From Gemmatimonadota bacterium (lineage in GTDB: Bacteria > Latescibacterota > UBA2968 > UBA8231): DNA of 43,178 nt. The notes below the pieces were generated by a model, which had not been told where the DNA came from, searched no databases, and was given only the letters and a program-made list of their open reading frames with translations. Positions 19,232 to 28,667 of this stretch are shown here, in pieces (position 1 is the first letter of the stretch; each line of letters starts with the position of its first letter). The stretch spans positions 1 through 43,178 of the forward strand of contig JAYPJE010000036.1 of the NCBI GenBank assembly GCA_038128265.1, given 5' to 3'. A program made the translations under genes and the position numbers.

Positions 19232-20607
19232 GACGCGCCTCCGCCAAGTTCTGCAACCAGTGGTCCTGCCATCTCACCGATATTGCCTGCTCCCATCGTC
19301 AGCACCACATCGCCGGGACGACAGATTCGCAAGAGGTGCGGCACGATATCGGCGACGTCGGCGACATGGTCGATGTGGTCACAGCCTGCGCGGCGCATGG
19401 CATCTGCAATGAGATGGGAATTAACGCCGGGAATGGGCCGTTCGCGCGCCGGATACACATCGGTTAACACAATGTGGTCGGCCACCGACAGTTCGCGGGC
19501 AAACTCCTCGGCAAAATCGCGCGTGCGCGAGTAGAGATGGGGCTGAAATACCGCTACGACGCGACGGCCGCTAACCCGCGCGGCCTCCAGCGCGACACCG
19601 ACGGCCCGCGGATGGTGCGCGTAGTCGTCAATAACCCATATTTCGCCCGCTTCTCCTATGAACTGAAAGCGACGTTCAACGCTCTCAAAATCGACCAGCG
19701 AAGCGGCTATGCACGCTCCATCGACGCCCAGATAGTGCGCGGCCGCAGCGGCTCCGGCCGCGTTGCGCACGTTGTGCATACCCGGCACGCGCAGGGCCAG
19801 GTCGATCTGCTGTTCACCATCGCAGAGCAGCGCAAAGCGGCTCTCCCAAGGGCGCAGCTGCACGTCGATAATGCGGTAATCACAGTCGACACCGATGCCG
19901 TAGGTGCGGCTTGCTCGACGCGTGCTGCGCAGAATGTCCACAGCGACCAGATCGTCTCCGCCGACAAAAGCCACGCCGTAAAAGGGCAGTCGGTCGAGAA
20001 AATCAATAAAGGCGCTGTGCACCTCGTTCAGCGTGCCGTAGCAGTCGAGGTGATCGGCTTCTACGCAGGTGACCAGCGCTACATCGGGGTGCAGTTCCAA
20101 AAAGCTGCGTGCGTATTCATCCGCCTCGACGACCAGCCATTCGCCACATCCAGTCTCCGCGTGGGCGCGGCCATCAACCCAACCGCCCACCAGGATATCC
20201 GGCTGCAATCCGGCTCGGCGCAGAACGGCCGCCAACATGGCCGCAGAGGTGGTCTTCCCATGCGTGCCCGCAACGGCCACCGTGCGCCGCCAGCGACTCA
20301 ATTCGCCCAAGACTTCCGCGCGACTAGCGCAGGCAATGCCGCGCTGCCCGGCCGCCGCACGCTCGGCATTATCGGCGGGGATCGCCGCCGAATAGACCAA
20401 TAAATCGGCGTCGCCAATCTGGGGCGCAGCATGTCCCGCAAAGACCTCGAAACCGTCCTCTCGCAGCATTCCCAGCGCTTTTGACGGGACCATGTCCGAT
20501 CCCGTCACCCGCAGGCCGCGCGCGCGCAGCAGGCGGGCCAGTCCCTCCATACCCACGCCGCCAATACCGACGAGGTGGGCGTGCCTAAAGCGCTGTTCCA
20601 GCGTCAT
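19228..20607 (-). CDS. murC: UDP-N-acetylmuramate--L-alanine ligase
   Basis: GIGGVGM, VAGTHGKTT, EADE, DDYAHHP, FQPHLYSRT, MGAG. Confidence 0.97.
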   Translation of the reverse strand: MTLEQRFRHAHLVGIGGVGMEGLARLLRARGLRVTGSDMVPSKALGMLREDGFEVFAGHAAPQIGDADLLVYSAAIPADNAERAAAGQRGIACASRAEVLGELSRWRRTVAVAGTHGKTTSAAMLAAVLRRAGLQPDILVGGWVDGRAHAETGCGEWLVVEADEYARSFLELHPDVALVTCVEADHLDCYGTLNEVHSAFIDFLDRLPFYGVAFVGGDDLVAVDILRSTRRASRTYGIGVDCDYRIIDVQLRPWESRFALLCDGEQQIDLALRVPGMHNVRNAAGAAAAAHYLGVDGACIAASLVDFESVERRFQFIGEAGEIWVIDDYAHHPRAVGVALEAARVSGRRVVAVFQPHLYSRTRDFAEEFARELSVADHIVLTDVYPARERPIPGVNSHLIADAMRRAGCDHIDHVADVADIVPHLLRICRPGDVVLTMGAGNIGEMAGPLVAELGGGAS

Positions 20608-21722
20608 GGGCGCCGCCTCCCCGCGTTTCTGCTAGCCGAGTGGCGCGCCACCCCCATCAGAATGCCGACGCCCGCCATATTCCACAGCAGGGACGAGCCA
20701 CCATAGCTGAGAAAGGGCAGAGGCAACCCCGTCGTAGGCAGCATACCCGTAACTACTCCCATGTTGAGCATGGCATATATAGAAATCATCGCCGTAATAC
20801 CCGTTGCCAGGAGGAAACCGTGACTATCGGACGCGTCACGGGCAATGCGCACTCCGTAGAGGGCAAAGGCAATAAAGAGAGCGATGACGCCGAGGGCTCC
20901 GGCCAAGCCCAATTCTTCGCCGACAAAGGCAAAGACGAAATCCGTATGGGGTTCCGGCAAATACTGTAACTTCTGCATGCTATTGCCCAAGCCCACACCA
21001 AAGAGCTGGCCGTTGCCCATGCCGATAAGCGACTGGGTAATTTGGTAGTTGCCAGCATCTTCCCCGCTGCCATTCACAAAGTTGGTAAGACGGGCCATTT
21101 GATAGGGCGAAGTAAGCAGCGAAAGCACCACGCCGCAGCCGCCAGCACACAGCACGGCACCCAGCTGCAGTGGCTGTACTCCCCCTACCCATAAGAGGAC
21201 CATGGCGATGCAGCCGACCGCAATGGCCGTGCCCAAATCGGGTTGGGCGGCGATGAGGACCAGCACGAGTCCGACGACGACGAGGCGGGGCAATAAACCC
21301 CGCTTGAACTCCTGGAGGTCGCCCTCTTTGCGGACCAACACATCGGCCAGGTATAGGACTAGAGCGAGCTTGGCATATTCGGAAGGTTGAAACGTCACGC
21401 CGGCGAGGAAGGTCGGCATGGCCAGCCAGCGCTGTGCGGGCCCCGTGCCGAAAAACAGCACCAGTACGAGGAGCGCAATGGCCGAAAGCATAATAGAACG
21501 GGAAAAGCGCGCCCAGGCCAGGAGCGGCACGCGCGAGAGGACCCACATAACAACTAAGCCCAGCGCGGCCCGCACACTCTGCCGCTTGAGAAAGAAACTA
21601 CTATCGTCAAAGCGCACGCGTGCCAGCTCGGAGCTGGCACTGTAAATCATGACCAGGCCCAGCCCGACTAGTAGCAAGCAAACGAGCAGCAAATGCGTTC
21701 CAGCACGCTGAACGGCGTACAT
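20604..21722 (-). CDS. ftsW: SEDS peptidoglycan polymerase FtsW
   Basis: YSAS, FQPSEYAK, QPDLGT, LPEPHTDF, LPFLSYGGSS; dcw position. Confidence 0.95.
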   Translation of the reverse strand: MYAVQRAGTHLLLVCLLLVGLGLVMIYSASSELARVRFDDSSFFLKRQSVRAALGLVVMWVLSRVPLLAWARFSRSIMLSAIALLVLVLFFGTGPAQRWLAMPTFLAGVTFQPSEYAKLALVLYLADVLVRKEGDLQEFKRGLLPRLVVVGLVLVLIAAQPDLGTAIAVGCIAMVLLWVGGVQPLQLGAVLCAGGCGVVLSLLTSPYQMARLTNFVNGSGEDAGNYQITQSLIGMGNGQLFGVGLGNSMQKLQYLPEPHTDFVFAFVGEELGLAGALGVIALFIAFALYGVRIARDASDSHGFLLATGITAMISIYAMLNMGVVTGMLPTTGLPLPFLSYGGSSLLWNMAGVGILMGVARHSASRNAGRRRP

Positions 21723-21725
21723 AAA

Positions 21726-21859
21726 GCGGCTTCTCCGCGCCTCGAACGGGGAAACCCAAGCAGTGAGTCCGTGGGATGGACTACGGCCCAGTTGTAAAAT
21801 GGGTGCAAAGGGACCATCTGGTGGGAGCAGATGGAGATGGTCGAGGTTAGGGAAACCTC
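21726..21859. other. Structured intergenic element: array of short hairpins, several with GGGA loops on the + strand (possible ncRNA)
   Basis: GCGG-CTTCT-CCGC; GGG-GAAA-CCC; AGTCCG-TGGGA-TGGACT; CCCA-N9-TGGG; CCATCTG-GTGGGAG-CAGATGG; GAGGTT-AGGGA-AACCTC. All read directly from the sequence. Confidence 0.5.
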
Positions 21860-23216
21860 AACCGATTGCTTCTACGACCTCCCACAGCGCCATACCTCGC
21901 GAAGCCTTGACTAGGAGAATGTCATCGGCCTTCAAGGTAGATTGGAGATGGGCTGTGGCCTCTTCTTTGTCATTAAAATGCACTGTTTCCCGCGCACCAG
22001 CAGCACGCGCGCCGCGGACTATATGCTGAGCCAGCGGCCCGACCGCCAATACGACATCGGCGATCTCAGCGGCTCTGCCACCGATTTCCTCATGCAGCCG
22101 AGGTCCGCTCTCGCCCAGTTCCAGCATATCGCCAAGCAGGACAAGCCTGCGGGCGCCGCGCATTTCAGCCAGCATATCCAAGGCCGCGCGAACCGAACCG
22201 GGATTGGCGTTATAGCTATCGTTAACAACCGTCATCCCCCGCACCTGCACGACTTCCGTGCGCCGGTCTACCGGCTTGAATTCCGACAGGGCGCGGCATA
22301 CATCACCGGGCTCAACGCCCAAGATATCGCCGATGGCGGCTGCAGCTAACGCATTGTAGGCGTTGTGCTTACCGGGGATTTTTAAATCTATGGAATGCGT
22401 TCGTAGAAGGAAGTGGCCGCAGCCCTCCTGGTCTAAGATGAGTCCCTCCCCACGAAACTTGCTCTCGGACTGAAAACCGAAGGTCAGGAGTCTCCCCTTT
22501 GTCCTCAAAACCTCCTGACACACGACACGGTCATCAGCGTTGATGAGAGCTGTTAAAGACTCATCCAGATACTCCAGGAGCTCCCCTTTGGCCTTGGCCA
22601 CCCCCTCTACAGATCCAAAAAACTCGAGATGTGCGCTGCCGATATTCAGCAGGACCCCTATGGTTGGCTGGGCGATGGTGCACAGGTAGTGAATATCGCC
22701 CTCTTTGCGCGCCGCCAGTTCCAGCACCACCGCCTCGTGTTGCTGGTTCAGGTTGAGCAGCGTGCGCGGAACGCCTATTTCGTTGTTCTCGCTGCCAACG
22801 GTCTTTAGCACGTTGTAGCGCTGCTCGAGCACCGACGCGACCATTTCTTTTGTCGTCGTCTTGCCGGACGAACCGGTAATGCCAACGACGGGAACATCAA
22901 AACGGGCGCGATAGCGAGCTGCCATCTGACCGAGGGCTGCAAGGGCACTGTCGACTGCCAGCAGAGGCCCGACCCCCGACGCATACCGATCGAGGGCATT
23001 TTTCTCGACCAACGCAGCACAGGCACCGCGCGCAAGCGCGGCTTCTACGTAGTCATGGCCGTCAAATTGTTCGCCGCGCAGAGCTATGAACAATTCGCCT
23101 GGGGCCGTGCTGCGACTATCAGTCGACACGCCCGATGGTCTAATTGGCCGATCTAAGATACCAACAAGTTCTGCATCCGTCCACTGTAGAATTTCGTCCA
23201 GTTGCACATCGTGCAT
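21858..23216 (-). CDS. murF: UDP-N-acetylmuramoyl-tripeptide--D-Ala-D-Ala ligase
   Basis: STDSR, ITGSSGKTTTKE, NNEIGVP, NDSYNANP, GDMLELG, VKASRG. Confidence 0.97.
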   Translation of the reverse strand: MHDVQLDEILQWTDAELVGILDRPIRPSGVSTDSRSTAPGELFIALRGEQFDGHDYVEAALARGACAALVEKNALDRYASGVGPLLAVDSALAALGQMAARYRARFDVPVVGITGSSGKTTTKEMVASVLEQRYNVLKTVGSENNEIGVPRTLLNLNQQHEAVVLELAARKEGDIHYLCTIAQPTIGVLLNIGSAHLEFFGSVEGVAKAKGELLEYLDESLTALINADDRVVCQEVLRTKGRLLTFGFQSESKFRGEGLILDQEGCGHFLLRTHSIDLKIPGKHNAYNALAAAAIGDILGVEPGDVCRALSEFKPVDRRTEVVQVRGMTVVNDSYNANPGSVRAALDMLAEMRGARRLVLLGDMLELGESGPRLHEEIGGRAAEIADVVLAVGPLAQHIVRGARAAGARETVHFNDKEEATAHLQSTLKADDILLVKASRGMALWEVVEAIG

Positions 23217-23235
23217 GGATACCTCTCTGCTGGTT

Positions 23236-24696
23236 TTAGTTAGCCCTTTCGAGCGACTTCAGAATACTGCGCGCAACGTCCCGATCATCAAAGGAAATGA
23301 CGCGATCGGACAGAATTTGCTCGGATTCATGCCCTTTACCAGCGATCAGCACGACGTCCCCCGGGCCGGCAGTGCGCAGGGCGTGGTCAATGGCCCTATA
23401 CCGGTCAACTTCGCGTTCACATTTCTCCTCATTGGGCATCCCCAGAGCAATTTCGTCGAGTATGGCCTCCGGGTCTTCGCTACGCGGATTGTCCGACGTG
23501 AGCCAGATGCCGTCTGCCCATTGGGCGGCGACGCGTCCCATGAGCGCTCTCTTCCCTCTGTCGCGATCGCCGCCGCAGCCAAACACGCACAACACCTTGC
23601 CATCGGTCAGCGGCCGCGCGCTCTGGAGGGCGCGCTCGAGCGCATCCGGCGTATGGGCATAGTCCACAATGACGGTGAACTCCTGCCCTTCGTGCAGCAA
23701 CTCAAAGCGACCGGGCACCCCCTCTATCGATGCCAACCCATCGCACAGAGCCTGTTTGTCTACTCCTACCAGAGATGCTGCTGCAAGCGCCGCCGTCACA
23801 TTGTAGCAGTTGAAGCGACCCGTAAGGGAGGTCTGGACACAAAATGTGCCAAAGGGCGACGCGACCTGCATCTTCATACCGTCACAGCGCATATCCACTG
23901 CCACCGGATACCAGTCGGCCGCATCGCTCAAGCCATAGCGGACGACCTGCGCATCCGTGCGTTTCGCCAAGTCGGCGGCATGGGGATCATCGGCGTTGAG
24001 CAGGGCAAATGCCTCGCTTTTCAAGCCTTCAAACAGCAGAGACTTTGCAGCCAGATAGCTGGAAAAATCGCCGTGATAGTCCAGGTGGTCGCGCGTTATG
24101 TTGGTGAATATCGCCACATGGAAATCGATGCCATCCACCCGCTGAAGAGCCAGACCGTGCGAAGACACCTCAAGGGAGACCGCGCGCATGCCCTCGTCGA
24201 CAAGACGCCGCAAAGCGCCCTGCAGCACGTCGGCTTCCGGCGTTGTATTGGCCATTTTTTCCAACGGCCCATCGCCACCGCAACCCAGCGTGCCCAAATA
24301 GCCGCACGGCATACCGGCGGCTCTCAGCAACGCGCTCACGATGTAGGCCGTCGTCGTTTTGCCATTGGTGCCGGTTACGCCAATATTGAGCAACGAGTCG
24401 CTAGGAGCACCGAATAGGCGACGTGCTATGCGAGGCAGCGCAGCGCGACAGCTGGCGACGACGATGCGCGTGGCGCTGCAGGGCACTTCTTCTTCGACGA
24501 CGACGGCGGCGGCTCCACGACCAATAGCATCATCGATAAAGCGATGGCGATCTTGCTGCTGTCCCCCACGCAGTGCGACAAACACATCGCCTCTTTCGAC
24601 CAGGCGAGAGTCACTACATACCTTGCCAACCAGTCCATCTATCGGTCCTGCAACCGCAGCGTCAGGCAAGACGTCAAGCAATTCCCGCAGCCTCAA
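23236..24696 (-). CDS. murE: UDP-MurNAc-dipeptide--meso-diaminopimelate ligase
   Basis: GVTGTNGKTT, EVSSHGL, DYAHTPD, FGCGGDRD, DNPR (meso-DAP specificity motif), AGKGHE. Confidence 0.97.
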   Translation of the reverse strand: MRLRELLDVLPDAAVAGPIDGLVGKVCSDSRLVERGDVFVALRGGQQQDRHRFIDDAIGRGAAAVVVEEEVPCSATRIVVASCRAALPRIARRLFGAPSDSLLNIGVTGTNGKTTTAYIVSALLRAAGMPCGYLGTLGCGGDGPLEKMANTTPEADVLQGALRRLVDEGMRAVSLEVSSHGLALQRVDGIDFHVAIFTNITRDHLDYHGDFSSYLAAKSLLFEGLKSEAFALLNADDPHAADLAKRTDAQVVRYGLSDAADWYPVAVDMRCDGMKMQVASPFGTFCVQTSLTGRFNCYNVTAALAAASLVGVDKQALCDGLASIEGVPGRFELLHEGQEFTVIVDYAHTPDALERALQSARPLTDGKVLCVFGCGGDRDRGKRALMGRVAAQWADGIWLTSDNPRSEDPEAILDEIALGMPNEEKCEREVDRYRAIDHALRTAGPGDVVLIAGKGHESEQILSDRVISFDDRDVARSILKSLERAN

Positions 24697-26700
24697 CTAA
24701 AGCCTCTTGCGCGACAGCAGTGGAGCCTCTTCCATAACCTCGAACAAATGCGCCTGTCTCCGCTGCAGTGCTTCCACGCTGTCGATGTACGACAGGTCTT
24801 CTCCCATCTGACAGCGAATATCGACTCCGGCAAGCACTTCTTGTCCGGGAGCGGGCCGTTGGTCCACCACCACAGACCCTCCCCCCTCGGCAATGGCTTC
24901 CATTCCGCGCAGCTGCGCCGTTAAACGCGCGGCCGCCCGCGTCATGCCGCGCAGATCGGGCACTGTAATCGTCGCCGGCACAGGACCGGCCGTGGGCGCG
25001 TGTGCCAGCAGCCCACCCGGCAGATGGACTATGCGCTCCATAACCCGTTGGAAAGCTGGCGCCGCAACACTGCCGCCCCATCTGTCCTTGCGCGGTTCAT
25101 CAACGACGACAACGCAGACATAGCGCGGCTCTTCGGCGGGTAAAAAGCCGGCAAAAGAGGCGATGCTCGCGTCGGGATCGTACCCACTGCCATCGGCGGC
25201 AGCTTTCTGCGCCGTGCCGGTTTTCCCAGCCACCGACAGGCCCGCGATTTTTGCGCGGTGCCCCGTGCCGCGATCGACGACACCGCGCAAAATGCGCCGC
25301 ATCACCGCGGCGGTCTCTGCGCTGATGACGCGCCGCACCACCGCTGGTTCACCCGCTTCCAGCATGCGCCCATCTTTTCCGATATATCCCTTGACGATCT
25401 GAGGCACCATCAACTCTCCGCCGTTGGCTATTGCCGCATAAGCCTGCGCCAACTGCAGAACCGTCACGCTGATTTCCTGGCCGATCGCAATGGTCTCCAA
25501 CGAGCGCTCGGACCAGCGGTCCGCTCGCTGAAGTAGCCCACTGCTCTCTGCCGGCAGCCCAACCCCGCTGCGCGAAGCAAAGCCAAAGCTACGGATGTAT
25601 TGGTAAAAGCGCGCGCGCGGCAGGCGGCGCGCAAATTTTATCAAACCAATATTGCTGGAGTTTTCAACCACCTCGGCAAAGCTGAGCTCACCGTGCGGGG
25701 CGATATCGCGAATCACCTCGCCGTTACTCAACTTTAGAACCCCCTGCTGGCAATCGACGCGCTCGTGCACGCGTGCCAGGCGATCTTCCAACACCGCTGC
25801 AGCTGCAATGACCTTGAAGGTAGATCCCGGTTCGTAGGCATCGGCTATAACCCGATTCCGGCGGAGCGCGGCCGTCGATCGCCCCACCCTATTCGGATCG
25901 AAGAGGGGCACGTTTGCCATCGCCAGAATTTCCCCGCTATTCGGGTCGAGCACCACGCCCATCGCTCCGTCGGCATCGACCTCCCCCACCGTGCGCGCCA
26001 ATTCCTCTTCTAAAATACTCTGATAAAGTGCATCGATTGTAACGACAATACTGCGTCCGTCCTGTGGCAGTTCGCGTTCCTTAACGCGACCGGGCACCTG
26101 AAGGCCGCGCGCATCGACGTAGGATACCATCGCCCCATCCGCTTCGCGCAGTTCGTCGTCAAAAGCGCGTTCGATACCCTCGCGACCCCGATTGTCGATA
26201 TCCGTGTGTCCTAGAAGCTGCCCGGCCAAAGAGCCCAGCGGATAGAACCGCCGCGTTGCGCTGTGGCTATATACGCCGGCAAACGAGTCGGCCGGAGCAC
26301 TCAGCCGATCCCCCTCTATCTGGCGCACCAAATAGACGAAGGGCCGCTCGCTGCGCAGCTGCTTGGCAAGCGCTGTTGCGTTCGCACCGCTCAGCCGTGC
26401 AAAGAACTGGGCCACCCCCTGTGGATCCTCGATGCGATCGGGACGCGCGTAAAACGAACGCGCCTCGACGTCGGTGGCCATTTCGGTGCCGCGCCGGTCC
26501 AATAGACTACCGCGACGCGCCTCCAAGGCCGTGCGGCGCACGTACTGATCGTGGGCACGCTCAGCATAGGCAGGCCCAAGCACTCCCTGCACCTGAACCA
26601 AGCGACCAGCCAGCACAGCCCAAAAGAGCAGGCCAAAGCAGGCAGCCACACGCAAGCGCTGCGGACCACACCAAGCTGCCTGTCGGCGGCCGTCGGTCAT
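24697..26700 (-). CDS. ftsI: Class B penicillin-binding protein FtsI with C-terminal PASTA domain
   Basis: N-terminal TM, RGSLLDR, STFK (SxxK), SSN (SxN), KTGT, PASTA-like VPDLRGMT...DQRPAPG. Start placed at the TGATG overlap. Confidence 0.95.
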   Translation of the reverse strand: MTDGRRQAAWCGPQRLRVAACFGLLFWAVLAGRLVQVQGVLGPAYAERAHDQYVRRTALEARRGSLLDRRGTEMATDVEARSFYARPDRIEDPQGVAQFFARLSGANATALAKQLRSERPFVYLVRQIEGDRLSAPADSFAGVYSHSATRRFYPLGSLAGQLLGHTDIDNRGREGIERAFDDELREADGAMVSYVDARGLQVPGRVKERELPQDGRSIVVTIDALYQSILEEELARTVGEVDADGAMGVVLDPNSGEILAMANVPLFDPNRVGRSTAALRRNRVIADAYEPGSTFKVIAAAAVLEDRLARVHERVDCQQGVLKLSNGEVIRDIAPHGELSFAEVVENSSNIGLIKFARRLPRARFYQYIRSFGFASRSGVGLPAESSGLLQRADRWSERSLETIAIGQEISVTVLQLAQAYAAIANGGELMVPQIVKGYIGKDGRMLEAGEPAVVRRVISAETAAVMRRILRGVVDRGTGHRAKIAGLSVAGKTGTAQKAAADGSGYDPDASIASFAGFLPAEEPRYVCVVVVDEPRKDRWGGSVAAPAFQRVMERIVHLPGGLLAHAPTAGPVPATITVPDLRGMTRAAARLTAQLRGMEAIAEGGGSVVVDQRPAPGQEVLAGVDIRCQMGEDLSYIDSVEALQRRQAHLFEVMEEAPLLSRKRL

Positions 26701-27014
26701 CAGTCGATGTCTTTTTCCACCCAATGACCGGCTACCGCCTCGCCCTCTCTGGCGTACACCATACCGATCTGCCCCACGGCAACGTGCTCAATCATTTCCA
26801 GCTTCTTTTTGAAGGCAATCCCTGCCATCAGCTTTGTCCGCTCATGGCTCAGCTCATCCATTACCTGCTGTGCTTCCCAACACTGACGATCGATGCTGGC
26901 CACTTCGACCTTTTGCCAAACGCGAAAGAGCATCGCACCGACCAACAGGCCAATAAGAGCGACCCCACGTCCGCCACAGAGCGAACGGTTAGACCTACCG
27001 GAACCACGCGTCAT
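26700..27014 (-). CDS. ftsL: Cell division protein FtsL-like
   Basis: About 104 aa: TM followed by a coiled coil ending IEHVAVGQIGM; between rsmH and ftsI with start/stop overlaps. Confidence 0.75.
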   Translation of the reverse strand: MTRGSGRSNRSLCGGRGVALIGLLVGAMLFRVWQKVEVASIDRQCWEAQQVMDELSHERTKLMAGIAFKKKLEMIEHVAVGQIGMVYAREGEAVAGHWVEKDID

Positions 27015-27940
27015 GCACACTCCTCTACTTTTTCGAACAGGCGCAACACGGCGCTGCGCGCCCTGCTGTTTATTGCAGTTTCATCGGCGCTAGGCCGTAT
27101 GCGACCGCGGCCCACTTTAACAAACTCTGGCCTGCGTCCACACGCACACACCGGCATGCGCGGAGGACAAACACATCCGCGCATCCGCTCAGCCAAGCGC
27201 TGTTTAACGAGGCGATCTTCCAGTGAGTGATAGGCGATCACGGCTAGGCGCCCACCAACAGCAAGGCGGCCGATAGCGGCATCGAGCCCGGCCGCGAGCT
27301 GGTCTAACTCGCTGTTAACGGCAATGCGGAAGGCCTGAAAAACGCGCGCCAGCGTTTTGTTGAGCATCTGCGGACGCGTGTCCTCCACAGCCCTGCGCAA
27401 ATCGCCGGTAGTCTGCAGCGGCGCTCTCTCCCGCATGCGCGCAATGCTCTTTGCAACCGCCCCCGCCCGGCGCTCTTCACCGAAGTCGCGCACAATTTGC
27501 AACAGCTCCCTCTCCGATGCGAAGGCGATTATATCGGCAGCCGTCTTTGACTGCGTCGAATCCATTCGCATGTCTAGCGGCCCCGCCGACCGATAGCTAA
27601 ATCCTCTGTGCGCCGCATCGATTTGATGCGACGAAACGCCCAAGTCAAACAGCGCTCCGCTAAGCGAGTCCACCCCCTCAGAATCCAATAGGGCATCCAG
27701 TTCGGCAAAGCTAGCTCTGCGCACCCGCGCGCGCTCGTCTTGGGACAGCACGCGTGCCGCCTGCTCGACGGCATCGGCATCGCGGTCAACCGACCACACC
27801 GTTGCCTCGCTGTCGAGCGCGCGCAATAGGGCTTCGCTATGCCCGCCTCCCCCAGCAGTTGCGTCGAGATAAATCCCGCCTGGATCGACAACCAAATGCT
27901 CGACAACCGCGTCGCACAGCACGGGAACGTGATATGACAT
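27011..27940 (-). CDS. rsmH: 16S rRNA m4C1402 methyltransferase
   Basis: HVPVL, DATAGGGGHS, DLGVSSHQ, LDMRMD, FQAFRIAVN, YHSLEDR, RARSA. Start placed at MSYHVPV. Confidence 0.97.
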   Translation of the reverse strand: MSYHVPVLCDAVVEHLVVDPGGIYLDATAGGGGHSEALLRALDSEATVWSVDRDADAVEQAARVLSQDERARVRRASFAELDALLDSEGVDSLSGALFDLGVSSHQIDAAHRGFSYRSAGPLDMRMDSTQSKTAADIIAFASERELLQIVRDFGEERRAGAVAKSIARMRERAPLQTTGDLRRAVEDTRPQMLNKTLARVFQAFRIAVNSELDQLAAGLDAAIGRLAVGGRLAVIAYHSLEDRLVKQRLAERMRGCVCPPRMPVCACGRRPEFVKVGRGRIRPSADETAINSRARSAVLRLFEKVEECA

Positions 27941-27959
27941 AGTGGCGTATACACAGTGG

Positions 27960-28400
27960 TTATAGGTCCAGATGCTCGGCCGCCGCTTCCATGCCCTCGT
28001 CGGCCTCTTCCATAAATTTATGCCAATCGTCTGGATTCCAGAATTCCAATTTATCCAGCGCCCCAATTACCACCATGTGATCGCCAATGCCGGCGCGCTC
28101 TAACAGCTTGCGCGGGATCCCCGCACGCCCCTGACGATCCATCTTGACCTCGGCGGCCTGCGACAGCATCGCACGTATGAATACGCGATTGCGCCGCTCT
28201 GTCTGCGGTAGGCGCATGAGTTTTCTCGCCGTCTCTTCCCACACGTGCTGCGGATAGGCCGTGAGGCAGTGGTCGTAACCGCGCACCACGACAAAGGTGC
28301 TATCCGCCGCTGCAGGCAATTTGCGCCGGAACTCAGCCGGCACAAAGATGCGCCCCTTATCATCTACTGGCACATCGTATTCGCCGAGAAATTGCTCCAC
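27960..28400 (-). CDS. mraZ: dcw cluster transcriptional repressor MraZ
   Basis: Two DxxGR repeats (DDKGRI, DRQGRA); first gene of the dcw cluster. Confidence 0.96.
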   Translation of the reverse strand: MEQFLGEYDVPVDDKGRIFVPAEFRRKLPAAADSTFVVVRGYDHCLTAYPQHVWEETARKLMRLPQTERRNRVFIRAMLSQAAEVKMDRQGRAGIPRKLLERAGIGDHMVVIGALDKLEFWNPDDWHKFMEEADEGMEAAAEHLDL

Positions 28401-28434
28401 AATTTGTCTTTCAAAGTGAAAAATAGACTATCGA

Positions 28435-28468
28435 CCCAGCCACACCCTACTACACCCTTTTACACCAC
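28435..28468 (-). promoter_or_regulatory. Putative MraZ-binding direct repeats
   Basis: Minus strand GTGGTGTAAA-AGGGTGTAGT-AGGGTGTGGC-TGGG: GGTGT recurs every 10 bp just upstream of mraZ, like known MraZ boxes. Confidence 0.7.
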
Positions 28469-28475
28469 TTTGACA

Positions 28476-28504
28476 AGTATCCCCATTTTAGTTCTAGCTG
28501 TCAA
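28476..28504 (-). promoter_or_regulatory. Putative sigma70 promoter of the dcw operon
   Basis: Minus strand TTGACA-17 nt-GATACT immediately upstream of the MraZ repeats. A WATCAR-N4-TTR IHF-like match lies at 28514-28526. Confidence 0.6.
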
Positions 28505-28613
28505 GCATAATTTTATCAGCTAGTTAGGCGATTTACTTTGCGTTATGATCAACATACATAAAAAAACACACTAAACAGTGTATTAACCACACTTTTTTGT
28601 GTTGTATGCAGGT

Positions 28614-28646
28614 AAAAAAAGGGGCTCCATAAAAGGAGCGCCCTTT
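28614..28646 (-). terminator. Intrinsic terminator downstream of trmB
   Basis: Minus strand GGGCGCTCC-TTTTAT-GGAGCCCC followed by a T run. Confidence 0.7.
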
Positions 28647-28667
28647 ATACAAACGGCCCAATCGTCC

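Noticed and set aside
19474..20403. 309-aa + strand ORF
   Set aside because: Antisense to murC; no family features.
21726..21859. Hairpin array as a mini-CRISPR, tRNA or mraY/murD pseudogene remnant
   Set aside because: No identical repeats with spacers, no cloverleaf or T-loop, and no recognisable MraY/MurD peptide.
23086..24417. 443-aa + strand ORF
   Set aside because: Antisense shadow of murE/murF with no recognisable motifs; expected in GC-rich DNA.
26256..27230. 324-aa + strand ORF
   Set aside because: Arg/Pro-rich shadow across ftsI, ftsL and rsmH.
27941..28066. Long N-terminal extensions in the ORF track (rsmH here; also cysK, ftsZ, iscA, trmB and the protease)
   Set aside because: They overlap upstream genes or lack conserved sequence; downstream starts with an RBS or start/stop coupling fit better.
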